A stretch of 63,853 nucleotides of DNA, filler included, from Reticulomyxa filosa (GCA_000512085.1; 13 parts of 13 records of this genome joined end to end with filler, not necessarily neighbours in it); one strand, 5' to 3'; shown: positions 1 through 12,476, counted from the first letter of the whole stretch. Notes: generated by a model not told the origin, from the letters alone. Numbers and translations are program-made.

Positions 1-94
1 CTCTCTCTCTCTCTCACTTGTGTGCAAAGATATTATATATCATAAAGATATAGAAACAAAAAAAAAAAAAAAAAACAAATAGTTTTTATCAAAC

Positions 95-1656
95 CTCCTC
101 CAGGGGCAGCCATATTAGAACCATCAATTGCCAGGAAACACAATCCTCCCTGGTTAAGTCTCCAGTTTGCACCCGTCACCACAAACGCATTCGAGCTGGT
201 GGAATCACCCAAAGTGAACGTCAAATCCGGGATCGTTGCAGTGCAACTCACCACGTACACGCCATACATGCTACTGTACGATCCACCCGCAGCTTTGGCG
301 ATTTTCGAAATATCGGTCGTGGGACCAATCAAAAAGCTCGTGCCGCTGTCCACGATCGCTTTGCTCGCAGTAGTCATATGTTGCCCACTAATTCTGTAGT
401 TTAGTGTGAATTTGTGTGTTCGTATACACAAGTTTTATTTTTTTGCACCACGATGAGAGTATATGTGTGCTAATTAATAATTCGGATTTGCGCTTGCAAT
501 ACCGTCGACAGGGGATGAAAAAAAAAAAATTATATATATATAATGTCTGTACAAAGATGGAAAGAACTTAACGCAGTATCGACCAAGCCAACCAAGTAAT
601 AGCTTTTGTCAATAATCGGGGCGTAGAGTAACGAACCAGTGTATTTAGTTGTATCGATGCCGCCCAAAGTCAGCTCACCATCCTGTGATGCGTCTCCTTG
701 CAAGTAAAAGCAAAACAAGTTTTGTGCCAAATATCCATTTTGTTGGATCACAAAGTATGGCGGCTCGATGTTTTCTGATGACAATCTACGATAAGCCAAT
801 CCCAATATGCCGTCCGAGTTTCCAGGCTCGCCCACTTTTATTGCCTTTTAACCAATACCCCCAAAAAAAAAAAAGATTATATACATAAAAGCACATTATT
901 TTAGTTATGTTTTTTTTTTTTAAGTATACGTTATGTGGGACATATACCGTGGATTGGAAGTAATGTATACATACTCAAATACCAGTGCCCTCATTCATTT
1001 CCTCCTACAAAAAAAAAAACAAATTAAAACAAAAATGCGCTTGCTATTGAACCGCTTGTGGTTCTTTTTTTTCTTTTAACTTCTCCGAAAGTCACACGAA
1101 CTTGAAACCCAGCAAAAGTCAGAATGTCTGATGACAAATAACCGGTGGCATTGCCTTTTCCGTAATAATCGGTGAATTTGGTTCCGTTGGCTTTATATGT
1201 AGACGACTTGGTGTGGTCATAAGAACCATGACCAGCACAACCGTTGGTACATTCTTTTAATTTTTTTTAAAATACAACTAAGTTAAAGCTCTTGCAATTC
1301 AACCTTCTCACACACATATTAAAAACGCAAACTCAACGTTTCGACATCACCCAAAGATCAGAGCTCCCAGTGTCGAAAAGCACCGAAATGGTTTGTCCTG
1401 GTGTCCCCAATTGGATGTCACCATAATCTATTTTTTTTATTAAAGACGTGAAAATCTTTCCCTTCAAGGCCAACGTACACAAAAAAAATTTACATTGGAG
1501 ATTTTGAAGATTCACCAAATATACTGTTCCTGATGAACCCAATCGACGCGAGTTTTCACTCACACGCCTACAATACAACACCAACTTTATGCTAGAGCTA
1601 GCAAAAACAAACGCCAGAAAAACAAAACCTGTGCAAAGGAATTTTATGAAAGGCAT
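95..1656 (-). CDS. Pepsin-family (A1) aspartic protease, cathepsin D/E-like, multi-exon, 3' end runs off the window
   Basis: Signal peptide [19 protein letters not shown]; [23 protein letters not shown] (first catalytic DTG); TFGE spliced to [18 protein letters not shown]; GELTLGGID; AIVDSGTS (second catalytic DSG); GT-AG introns join the ORF fragments in frame. Confidence 0.93.
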
Positions 1657-2082
1657 GTGCTGCCTCGAAAACCACCAACAATAATACAACCAAAGAAATC
1701 ATTGGGCAGGTGTTTGTTGGACAAACTGAAAAGTCAAAAAAAACAAAACGCAAACAAAGTGACGCCCTTGTTTTCTCAAGCCCACTCCTCAGAAAGGACT
1801 GTTCTTGCAGCTGTAGAGAGATGCAAGAAAGAGAGCTAAGCCTAAACTAAAACGTACAAGAAAATTGAGAATAAAAAGAATGAATGTTTTATGAGTTGAG
1901 TTATTACAACTCTGGAGTCAGTTATGACTCATGTATCACTACACAGCGACTGAAAGCACAGCTCCGTTCTCTACACACGAAAAAAGAATCACAAAGAAAT
2001 AACTCTTTGATGCAGAGATACGAAGAAAACAATATTCTGGAACAATTTAAATGACAGCAGAGGAAAGAAGATTGAATATTAA

Positions 2083-3366
2083 TTGCTGGCTGGTAAAACA
2101 GCTGAAACTCAAATTTCAGGTCCATTCATAAGGACTTTTTCAAAAAAGTTAGCACAAAAGGAGAAAGCTATGATATCGGAAATTAAGAATAATGAAGATG
2201 ACATAAGACCAAGACAAGACAGCTCGGGGTATGATGTCATTATTATGAACGGTTTATTTTGTGCTTGAGCCTACAACAACACAACTTAGCCCGATCACAA
2301 GTTCCTCAAATCGAAAGTATGTGAATGCGTTTAAAGCATTGTTGGGAAATAGTGTAACAGAAAAGCGATTGCACGAAGAGTTAGAAAAAGCGAATGGAAA
2401 TATCCTAATGGTGATGAAAAGTCTTGTGGCAAACATGGACAGTTTGCATCGAGTAAATTGGGTAAAAAAGTATCCAGTTTATGCAAAGAATATTGCCGAA
2501 ATTAACCAAATAGAAGACAAAAAAAAAAAGAAGTTTAGAAAACATGGCACGGCATTTGATAATAACTTTGAAATTTCTCCAATCCTTATATTACACAAAT
2601 AATCTCTCAAAGGAGAAAATATTGCAATATGCATGCATGTACGCAAAGTTAAAGCAAGAAGAATTATTTGTAGATATTTTGGAGCGGTACATAAAGGAAG
2701 GAGAGATATCCGTTGGAACAAAATTTGAGTTTGCCCAAAGTGAGGTATTAAAAAAAAAAAATACACACATATATAAATATATAAATGTATATATATATGT
2801 ATATAGAGATATTTACTGAGTCATCTAGTTCATCCACATAGCGCAAATAATTTGAAATGTGCTCGTTATTTGTTGGAATCTGAAATGGTGAGTCCGAATG
2901 ACGAGCAAGTTCTAGAAGCATTGGAACTGACGGCGTTGTATTCAAACGAGCATGGCAAGAAGCTGTTGTTGAGCCGCAAGTACTTGGACGTGAATGACAA
3001 AACAACGCGAGACTACGCGCTGAATTACATGAAGCAAAGGAACAATGTCGAGTTGTTTGAGGAGTATTTGAAGACGACGATTGGAAACACAAAGACGTAT
3101 GAATTGGTAATGACGAGTTTGTGTAACGCAATGGAAAAAGTGATTCAAAATCGCAAGAGGATGTGTAGTGACATCTTTAACTTGTGTTGGCTCTTTGACA
3201 AGCCGAGGATGTGGAAGGCTATATACAAGCAGTGCAAGCAATTGTTGGACGCAAAGCATTTGTCTAGTAATTGCAACACATGGCATTGGGTTGAGGATCA
3301 CGTTATTAACAATAAGGACCTTTTGATTTGGTTGGAAGATGATAACGATGAGGAGGATCATGATGA
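2083..3366 (+). CDS. Hypothetical multi-exon protein with an N-terminal UBA/CUE-like helical motif and weak ankyrin-like segment; start uncertain, 3' truncated by contig end
   Basis: Consecutive coding-like ORF segments 2261-2602, 2544-2745 and 2852-3366 separated by AT-rich intron-like DNA; motif LHEELEKANGNILMVMKSLV resembles a motif at 41355-41475. Confidence 0.55.
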
Positions 3367-3466
3367 NNNNNNNNNNNNNNNNNNNNNNNNNNNNNNNNNN
3401 NNNNNNNNNNTTAATTAATTAANNNNNNNNNNNNNNNNNNNNNNNNNNNNNNNNNNNNNNNNNNNN
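3367..3466. other. Artificial contig spacer
   Basis: N44-TTAATTAATTAA-N44. Confidence 0.98.
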
Positions 3467-3581
3467 TTCCTTGAAGGAGAGGAGAAACATATAAAGAGAG
3501 AGAGAGAGAGAGAAAGAAAGAAAATCCAAAAAAAATGTTTGTGTGATCTTTGTGATTCAGTCATAAATTTTGGTTTTGTTT

Positions 3582-5440
3582 TCAACATTTCTTCAAAGCA
3601 TCCACCAAGGGTTTGAGGGCCTTTTCATAGCAAGGTATCAAGCGTAAAATTTCAGTCCATTCTCCATCAGTTCTTTTTTTAATGGTTCCAGTGTCTTTGA
3701 GTTCAGTAAGTAACAAGCACAAGCATTCTAATCCTAGCAACACGCCGTGATCAGGTTCTTGTTCGTTATCGACTTGTTCATCCAACCAAATGAATTCCTG
3801 TTCGCTGTTGTCTTTGTTTTTGTGTTCCATTTCTTTCGCCCTTTGTTCTTTCATAAGAGGTAAAAAAGTTTTTAATGGATGTATGTTACTGTAGTCGATC
3901 ATTTTGACGCATATCCGTCTCGGATTGAAGTGTTTGTAATGATTTTTTGTAGTATTAGTTTGATGTGTGGATCTCAATTCCACGGTTTTGCATTCTTCCC
4001 CTCCGCTGCTACTGGAAGTGTCATGATGATTGTGTGTTTCATCTGTTTCTTCGTGAGGCTTTTCTTCTGCTTCTCCCTCATCCTCGATATCATCATCATC
4101 ATCATCATTATCATCATTATCATCATTATCATCGATATAATCATCACCACCCTCCTCTTCGTTCACATCTTCGTCTTCGCTTTCCAGAGAATGACGATGA
4201 TGATGATCTTCCTGTGACTGTTCGTCTTCCTTTCTGTCAGACGAATGGATGGGAAAGTTGGAAGTAGGTTTAATTGGATTGTGATTGGCCTCGCTCTTGA
4301 TAAGGGTGGCAGTCATATGCATTTCACTATCGTCTTGAGATGTACGTTTGCTCAATGGCTTTTGTGGTCCCAACTTTGAATGAAACATACGCACACGTGT
4401 GTATTTTCTCTCACTCAATTTGAAGACATTCTCTGTGTGTGGACTTCCCCCTCAGAGAGAGATTTTGTGTTTGTGAATATGTGACCGAATCAACTGTTGG
4501 CGTCGAGTCCAGTGTGTGTTTTTCCAATGCGATTGAAGTGCCGACAGTAGGCGATTCCAAAACCGAAGGATCGATAGCGTCGTTTTTTGTTTTGGCATTG
4601 GAAGGAGGAGTCATTGACACCGACACGTAATGAGGAGAACGGAATCCTTCATAGATAAGCAGCAGCGACGACGAAAAGAATCGATAGCTGCACGGCTGCG
4701 ACATTACGTCTTTCAATTTTCTTACTTTTTTCAACATGCGCTCGACCAAGTCAAGGCGAATGCGCGTTTTGTTTGTGTTGGAATTCTCACGTGACGAGTC
4801 CGTGTAGCTGAAATAGTGGATCAAATAATTTACAAAATCGTCACAAGATATTTTTTTCCCATAAAATTTATTCACACTTTCAAATCGTCCAGTGGTTGTA
4901 TTCCAGTACTATTTTTTTTTATTTTTTTTTTAAAAAAAAAAAGATATCATATTCTTTTGTCTTAGTCCTTGTCTTCTCATTTAAACTTAACTTGCATGCC
5001 TCCAATCCGAACGCCAAATATTCGTGATGTCGAATTCCATGATTTCTTCATTTGTCGAAGAAATTTTTTCTTTGTTACATAAGGAGGAAACTGTCGCAAT
5101 CCCAGTTTAATATCTAATACACATGGCTTTTTGTAAGGGCTATAATTCAACAACAACAATAACAATAACAACAAAGTGTGCCCTCCCTCATTGGACAAAA
5201 CGTTGCCACCACAAGCAAGTAGCGACATAACGGCCAAGATAAAAAAAAAAACAATACAAACTGAGTTGCATCGGCAATTACAATGAATTGAGTCATTTTC
5301 CTTTCCACTAATTCTTCTGCCATGAGATGATGTTTGGTATCAAATAAAAACGTGGCCCACCCCGAATCTTTGGCCCTTCCTTCATTCCTTTTTTTTTTTT
5401 TTTTGAATATGATGTGATTTCGATCTCTTCATTCAAAAGG
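3582..5440 (-). CDS. Inositol polyphosphate kinase (IPK superfamily, IP6K/IPMK-like), multi-exon, 5' truncated
   Basis: PCVLDIKLG (PxxxDxKxG), SRIFGVRIGGMQV, YRFFSSSLLLIYEG (SSLL motif), VKMIDYSN (IDF-type motif), DHGVLLGL; long acidic insertion between SSLL and IDY. Confidence 0.9.
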
Positions 5441-5540
5441 NNNNNNNNNNNNNNNNNNNNNNNNNNNNNNNNNNNNNNNNNNNNTTAATTAATTAANNNN
5501 NNNNNNNNNNNNNNNNNNNNNNNNNNNNNNNNNNNNNNNN
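5441..5540. other. Artificial contig spacer
   Basis: N44-TTAATTAATTAA-N44. Confidence 0.98.
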
Positions 5541-6200
5541 CGCTTGGAACATGCATTCCACATGTTGTGTGCGATGGAGAAGACGTGAATGGCATTGGTA
5601 AAAGGATAGTCTCCAAAGACAGAGGACCAAGTCTTGTACGAGTAGTTGCTATGGGTTTGAATGAATCGTCCATCGCCACTTCATTGTACCGTATCAAAAT
5701 GTGCTTTTTTTTTATCGATATACAAACACCTGCTTTCGTCGCATCTGTTGCCTTGGCTCTTTTCATTGTCGCTATTGTTATGCGTGCTGTTCTCACGACT
5801 GCTGTTACCGCCGTCGGCAGAGAAAAGTGGCATACGCATTTCAATGTACACTCACGTGTATTCACGCGGATCACGTCGATCGTGCCCGGATATTGCACCA
5901 CAAACAAATCCTTGTCTTTACCTCTTAATGTACCCCGATACTTGCTATTCTCTTTTATCCACTTTCCATTCATATCATTCATATCATTCATATCATTCAT
6001 GTCATTGGTATCCACACACTCTTGTATTGTATTAACAATGTGTGTGACAGTCGTCCTCCAAAGGATAACAACAACGCGTACGACTTCTCCTTTTCTTTTG
6101 CTTTCTTTAATGACGTCGTTGCCGTTGATAACACTGCGCTTTTATTTGCTAATGTCTCTTCTTTTGATTGCAACACACTATTCGTCCTTGTATTTCCCAT
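5541..6200 (-). CDS. Hypothetical protein, degenerate Kelch/beta-propeller-like, possible N-myristoylation (MGN); 3' truncated
   Basis: ALLLSFGG..SHTLLIQYKSVW and YRG.RG...DLFVVQYP..IDV segments resemble the Kelch-like protein at 29198 (LLSFGG.YKHTLTMKYVSVW; YEGVRA..LLFITY..NISV); reading frames are discontinuous. Confidence 0.45.
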
Positions 6201-6623
6201 TCCAATAATATTTTATTAATTAATTATGGATGCCCCTTTTTCCGGTTACAAATAATAACACTTTTTTCCGCTCCTATCTTTTGCAGTCATGCAAATAAAA
6301 AACAATCAAACTATTTCTCATCTAATAGCTAAAAAAATCTATTACATTCCGAAGGAAAATATTGTCACATAAATTTCTTCAAAAAATAAATTTTGTCCTC
6401 AATACACAATCTTAATTCACGCAAATTTTTAAAAACTTTACAAAATATCAAACTATTATAAAATCTATGAAAGAAATCTTTTTAAATCAAAAGAATATGT
6501 AAATATTTTGAATTCTTTGAATAATGCAATTATTACATTGTTTTTTGAAATGAAAAGGGATAATTAAATCAACTTACAAAAAAGCAAGAATATTCCATGA
6601 ATTCATTCGGAATCTCAATAAGA

Positions 6624-7080
6624 ATGTCAGTGAAAGCAATAGTATATAGCAAAGCAAAAAAGAAAAGCTATGAAATGACATTGTCAACATTGATACTGGA
6701 AAGTCTCTCCGCAACGGCGAAAAAACTTTGGTTTTCAAAGAAAAGTGATAGTGAAGATGACCTACAACAAAAATTTGAAATCAGAAACAAAGAGAATGTG
6801 AGAATTGAAAAAGACAAAGACATTGACCATGTGCAAAAAAGGAACCAGTACATTTCAATGTACGAATAAAACAAAAAAATAAAATGAACGTACAACAAAA
6901 TCATATAATGTTAAGTCCATTAGCATTGGCAGGAACAATAAGATATGAAGCAAATGACAAAAGATTAAATGGTGTGAAACGTGATACGATAGAATTGACA
7001 AAACTATTTGAAAAAGGCGACGTATACTTTCAATCAATAAATCAATTAAAGACAAAACGAAAAAAGTTAAAGAATGTCAA
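6624..7080 (+). pseudogene. Truncated caspase/metacaspase-like gene: PB1/ubiquitin-like N-terminus plus the first strand and helix of a p20-like domain
   Basis: MSVKAIVY..YEMTL..L N-terminus, then PLALAGTIRYE..RLNGVKRDTIELTKLFEK, the beta1-helix pattern of clan CD proteases; no His/Cys dyad before the convergent gene; frame break near 6860. Confidence 0.45.
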
Positions 7081-8151
7081 TGTTTTTTTCCAGCTTCTTC
7101 ATTGCATTGAGAAAAATTTCTTTTTATTGGTTTTCTAATAGGATTAATGGCGCCAAGCATTTCGATTGTAGTAGATAATCTGGCTTTAGATTCGGTCAAG
7201 TCTATTATTTGTTTGATCAATTCGTCTTTTTTTTTCTCCGATTTTTCAATAAGAGCTAAAATTTCTTTTTTATGGAGCTCATCTTGGTCTTGGATTTTTT
7301 TTTCTAATTTTTCTACCTTTACTTTAAGATCTAAGTAAAGATCTTTATAAATATCATTTTGTATGTTGCTAACGTTTTGGATTGATGACGACTTGTTTAA
7401 TTGCTGTTTAAATGCGTCATTTTGGATTGAAAATTTGGTGTTTGATGACGACTCGTTTAATTGTTGTTGTTGGATCGATGACGATAGAATCACTTGAGTC
7501 ATTGGAGTCGCTTCTTGATATTGGTTTTCTGCTTCTACCAAATTCATTGAATTCGTGCGTCTTTTCGCGATAATATCATCTTCATCGTCACTATCGATGA
7601 CTAATGGTTGATTTTTGTTCTCCATTATTTTTTCTTTGAATCCTTTATCAAAAAAAAACATATCATTATCACAACTCTTGTTTGTAAATTCGTTAAATTT
7701 TTTTTGAATGTGCTGCAATTGCTTATTAAGCTCTGGATACCACTCCACTGGATGCCGAAACCGATAGTTGCACCGTTTCTTGTTTGACTTAACGTTTTTT
7801 AATTTAAATTTTATACGGTAGCTGTTGCAATCCATTCCATTACAATTGCAAACATAACGTGCACCACATTTACATATCGATAAGAAGATATTAATCAATC
7901 CTTTATCATATTGAATAGAGCAGGTGCGTAAAAATTCTTGAAACTTCGGATGAGTAAACCTTTTTTCATGACGTTGTCCAATACACTTGAGACAACCGAT
8001 TTGGCTACACGAACTACATCCAGTTACGGTGGAAATGCGATTGCCACATGTTGCACAGTTGTCATTTTGCCCTTCGCGAGACCTATATAACGTATCATAG
8101 TGTATCGTTTTGTGATACAAAAATGAATAAAAGAATCACTTACATTTTCAT
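7077..8151 (-). CDS. Orphan Cys-rich zinc-finger (PHD/RING-like) plus coiled-coil protein
   Basis: ATG at 8151, short GTAAGT..TAG intron, then ORF with CxxC-x9-CxxC-x4-CxxC and CKC..CNC..C; C-terminal heptad-rich region (LKVKVEKLEKKIQDQDELHKKEILAL). Confidence 0.7.
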
Positions 8152-9009
8152 ATAAGTGAAGGACCAAGTAAAATTAGAAAAATTTTGAACAAGATTTAGA
8201 ACCCCCTGTGAATTTTAAAATTTGAATCAGATATCAACTGTTTATCAGTGTCAAGACAGGCCAAAAATCAAACATTTTTCGAAACTTAATAATTTTTTTA
8301 AAGATTAGACTTTCTAAAATGAACCCATAAATATTTGTGAGTTTGAAAAATTTTGCAAATCTTTTTTGTTTTTATTTGAGTGCGATGGTTCACGGTGCAC
8401 TACTTTGATTCACAGTTTTTTAGATTCCATTTAAATTTAAATTTGTCTTGAAAAACTTGAAAACTGGTTCAAATCTTTCTCTTGGTATCGATCACGAACT
8501 TTGCTGCCATGTTCGATCCCCAATGATGATGTCTTTTATTCAACATGATGGAAGCACAATTATTTGAGAAGATTGTATTGCATTTATTGAACGCAAGACC
8601 ATTTTTTGGTTGATTACTGGCAAAGTTGGATTATATTTGGTGTGAAGAGCATATTTTTTTTTATAGTTGAGGAAGTTGTAATATTGAAATTCCAAAACGA
8701 AAAGAAAAGGGGGAAAAGCATTTTAACCAAGCGCCTCAATCACACGGAATACCAGCGTGGATTTTATTCCAACTGGTTGGTATCTCAGGACCTCCAAATT
8801 CCTTAAGAAACTTAGTAGTTCATAAAATACGAAAGGGAAAACAGCGTGAAATTCTTTTCAACTGCCTTCACAAAAACTTTAATTTTCATTAATGCTTTGA
8901 TTTTGATCCTGTTCTTTGGCTTGTATTTTTCTTTTTTGCTTTGCATGAACATCTTCTTCAGTATTGGTGACGATAATGTCTCCACGTTGGGAAAAGCTTC
9001 TTTTTATTG

Positions 9010-9497
9010 GATTGTGTTTCCCATATAAGACATAGCAAAATTTTTAAGTTTTAGTTCATGAATTTCATCAAACATTTCCATTTTAACAGATAACCTTGCA
9101 TTCGATTCTGTTAATTGTATTATTTTTTTTATTAATTCGTTCTTATCTTTTTCATGTTTTTCGATAAGAGTTTTAATTTCATTTCGGTGATTTTCCTCTT
9201 GGTTTTGAAGCTTTGTTCTAACTTTTCTAAGTAAAGTTCTTTTATATTACTACCAACTTCCACTTTTTCATTATGCAGTTGTTTGTATTTATTGTTTTGA
9301 GACAGCACGTTTAATTGTAATGGCGATAATTGCACTTCAGTTATTTGAGTTTCTTGTATAATATCGCCTTCATCACTATCAATAACTAGTGCTAATTGAT
9401 TTTTCGAGTCATTGCAATCTCTGTCAAAAAAAAAATTATTGCCATTATAATATTTGCTTGCAAAATTTTCTAATTTTGTTTGAAGTGGATGCAATAT
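9010..9497 (-). pseudogene. Frameshifted tandem paralog of the 7077-8151 gene (C-terminal half)
   Basis: FFFD..KNQLALVIDSDEGDII and ELIKKIIQLTESNARLS match FFFD..KNQPLVIDSDDEDDII and ELIKQIIDLTESKARLS; the two blocks lie in different frames. Confidence 0.7.
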
Positions 9498-9597
9498 NNN
9501 NNNNNNNNNNNNNNNNNNNNNNNNNNNNNNNNNNNNNNNNNTTAATTAATTAANNNNNNNNNNNNNNNNNNNNNNNNNNNNNNNNNNNNNNNNNNNN
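9498..9597. other. Artificial contig spacer
   Basis: N44-TTAATTAATTAA-N44. Confidence 0.98.
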
Positions 9598-9646
9598 AAC
9601 AAACATGCTTGTTCAATCGACTCTGTGCTATATACATGCCTAATAG

Positions 9647-9849
9647 TACGGACACACACCGGAGAAAGGCCATACACATGTCGAGATTGTGACAAGTCTT
9701 TCACTCAGAAAGGTGCGCTAAAGAGACACTCACGATTACACACTGGGGAAAAGCCATTCAAGTGCTTTTTTTCCGGATGTGACCGTGCATTTAGTGACTC
9801 TGGAAATATGCGCAAACATATGAAAGTTCATCGAAAAGAAAAATTTTAA
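9647..9849 (+). CDS. C2H2 (Kruppel-type) zinc-finger protein, last exon
   Basis: HTGERPYTCRDCDKSF..LKRHSRLHTGEKPFKCFFSGCDRAF..MRKHMKVH with TGEKP linkers. Confidence 0.92.
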
Positions 9850-10570
9850 GTTGGGTTGTTGTCATTCGGAAACATTTGTCTCATCTTTCCAATTCTATTC
9901 AAAATTGTTTATGGACTCTGTTTTTCTTTTTTCTTTGCAAATTGGATTGAATTTTTTTCCCTTTTTTGTTTGATTTGTTTGTACCATACGTTTCTGGCTT
10001 AGAGTGCATTGACTGGGTTTAATTCTTTTGCAAAGATGCTCAAATTTTAAGATAGATTGTCTCTTTTGATGTCATAAGCTTTGATTTTTGAATATAGATA
10101 AACGACATCAATATTTTTTTAACTTCAACTTTTTTGCCTTTATATATTATTGTCAACGCAACTTTGACAAAACGTCAAGTTACAGACACACAGTGCGTGA
10201 CATATATTTTTATGTGTACATCTTACGTTGTAAATTGTGACAACACGATATTCTTTTTTACAAAATGTATAAATTACTATGTTGACATGTTCCGTGTGGC
10301 TGATCAATCAATTATTATCCATGCACCTTATATCGCACAAATACAATTAATTTTCTGTTTAGTTCATAGGAATTTCATGAAAAGTAAAGTTTTTTTCAGA
10401 CCGTAGCTAAAAACAATAGCATACACGAGTATGAACTATGTTTCAATGTTTGCATTTTAAAAATTCAAAGCAGAAACGCTCAATTTCTTAACAATATACT
10501 GTTTTTGTCCTGCTAAGTTTAGTTTGTTTTTCAACATGACGCTTGTCCCCTTTCTTTGAGGAGCGACATA

Positions 10571-12341
10571 ATGTCATCCTGTTTTTTAAGACTGCGTCTG
10601 AATGAGAGGTTATCCCGGGTGATTGTGAAAAGAAGGCTCATTAGGGTTTTTAGTATTGATGAGTTTCGCAATCCGAACCCATTCCCTGGTCGCAACACCA
10701 GTGACAAAAACGATAAAAATGTAATAATTGATCCTGATGATGTGTCTAATTCTTCGGGCTATGGAAAATTGAGAGGAAACAAGCAGCGAAAACATGTGTA
10801 TTTGAATAATTTGGAAGATGGATCCTCGAAAGAGAAAGAGTTGATAGTAGTTGAAGCATCCGAAGAAAAGATCGAAAATGAAGGAGAGCATGCGATTGAC
10901 AAAAAAAATAGTCCCGCGAATGAGTTGGCACAGTCACAAAAAAAATGGGACGAATATATAAGCGAACAAACAAAAGTGAAAGAATATGTGAGCAACTTGG
11001 ATACAAATACGCCAAGGACATTGGATGACATGAAGTATTGGCAATATAAACAAGGAGTGCTTCAAGAGCTACGAGAAAAGCAAGATAAAAAAAGAAAAGA
11101 ATCCGAAGAACTAAGGTATGTCTGTTACTGAGCGTCCGGTTGAGTTGGACAACGTCACAAAGAAATTTCTGTCTTTCAAATGTGCACGTATGGCATTGAA
11201 AGCATAGAAATTTCGATTTGCTGAAGTCAGGACACATTGCAGTCGCATTGCGTCCAAAGAATGACGAGTTGACCAAGCATGCGTTACCAGCTCACAAGTT
11301 CGACTTTAACAATGACCCGACCTACGTAGACGAGGGTGTCAAATATCTACGATACTGGTATACGAAGTACATGAATCCGTTTGCCAATTCATTTTTGGCT
11401 ATGACCACTGTTTGCGGCATTTGCTGTTTTGGCATTGTCAAATACAACTGGATCGATTTGATTGCTATTATCGAATGGTATAACCAGTTGAGTGCATTGC
11501 ACTCACTCCACTCCAAAATAACCTTGTTTTTTGTTTGGATTCATAGATTGCGTCCATACAATTATAAGAATCTAAATTTGCTGTCAGCCGAGTCCAATTT
11601 GCAAGCCTTGGTGTCCCTTTGGCAACCTACTTTTCTGCCGCTATTGCTCATTGCGGGTGTGTACATGAAATGTCATGGAGAGATTTGGGAGTATTTACGG
11701 CTAAAGAAAGAGTTGAAGACGAATCAAGATAAGAAATTCAATTTAAAACCTGAAATTGATACATTGATGCAGTTATGCAACAAAAAAAAGTCAAATGTTT
11801 TCCTTTTGTCTGTCATAGTCATTATGGCAATTCGCGCTCACGACGATAAAATAGTCGCCAAACTTCTCAAAATCATACCAAATTGCTACATGAAATTCAG
11901 CTGATAAAATTACGTGACAAAGAACGATCGAAGTCACTCCAACCTCTAAGACAAGTTGTCGATGTATTCGCCACATTTCAACCGGTGTTGCGACAACAAC
12001 AGGCACTGTCTAGCAGTAAACCCATTTGGTCGCTTTCAACCCTTACGTCTCCAACCAAATTTGCTTATCAATGCCATTTGATAAAAAACTTAATCGATAA
12101 AAGAGGTGTATCACGAGGTTTGATGATGTATGTTGCTGGAAGCAGCGGCTTGAATCCCCGAATGAACACACATACCCAACAATATGGCTTACTGCGACTA
12201 CAAACAAGATTAGACGAATTTGGACGAGTTATTCCGGGTTGGCAACGAGAAACTTCTTATGTTTATGTCGTACCTTATATGCTTGCCTTTCTCTTTGTTC
12301 CGCAGATTGCGGATTGGCTTACTAGCTGGGGAACATATTGA
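10571..12341 (+). CDS. Hypothetical multi-pass membrane protein with an Arg-rich, possibly mitochondrial, presequence; multi-exon
   Basis: N-terminus MSSCFLRLRLNERLSRVIVKRRLIRVFS; three overlapping ORFs bridged by GT-AG introns; several hydrophobic segments. Confidence 0.6.
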
Positions 12342-12476
12342 TGCTTGACTTTCTTTTGCTTCACTAACAATAAATTCAAATAATGTATTTATTGTCACTC
12401 TTCTTGCAAAGTTTGTCTCTTTACAATTACTTCTACAAAATTCTCTAAGGCCAGTGGCATTCACAGAATTACAATA

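Noticed and set aside
4375-4500. Apparent frameshift or TGA readthrough in the IPK gene
   Set aside because: A canonical phase-0 GT..CAAAG intron can bridge the frames; no need for recoding
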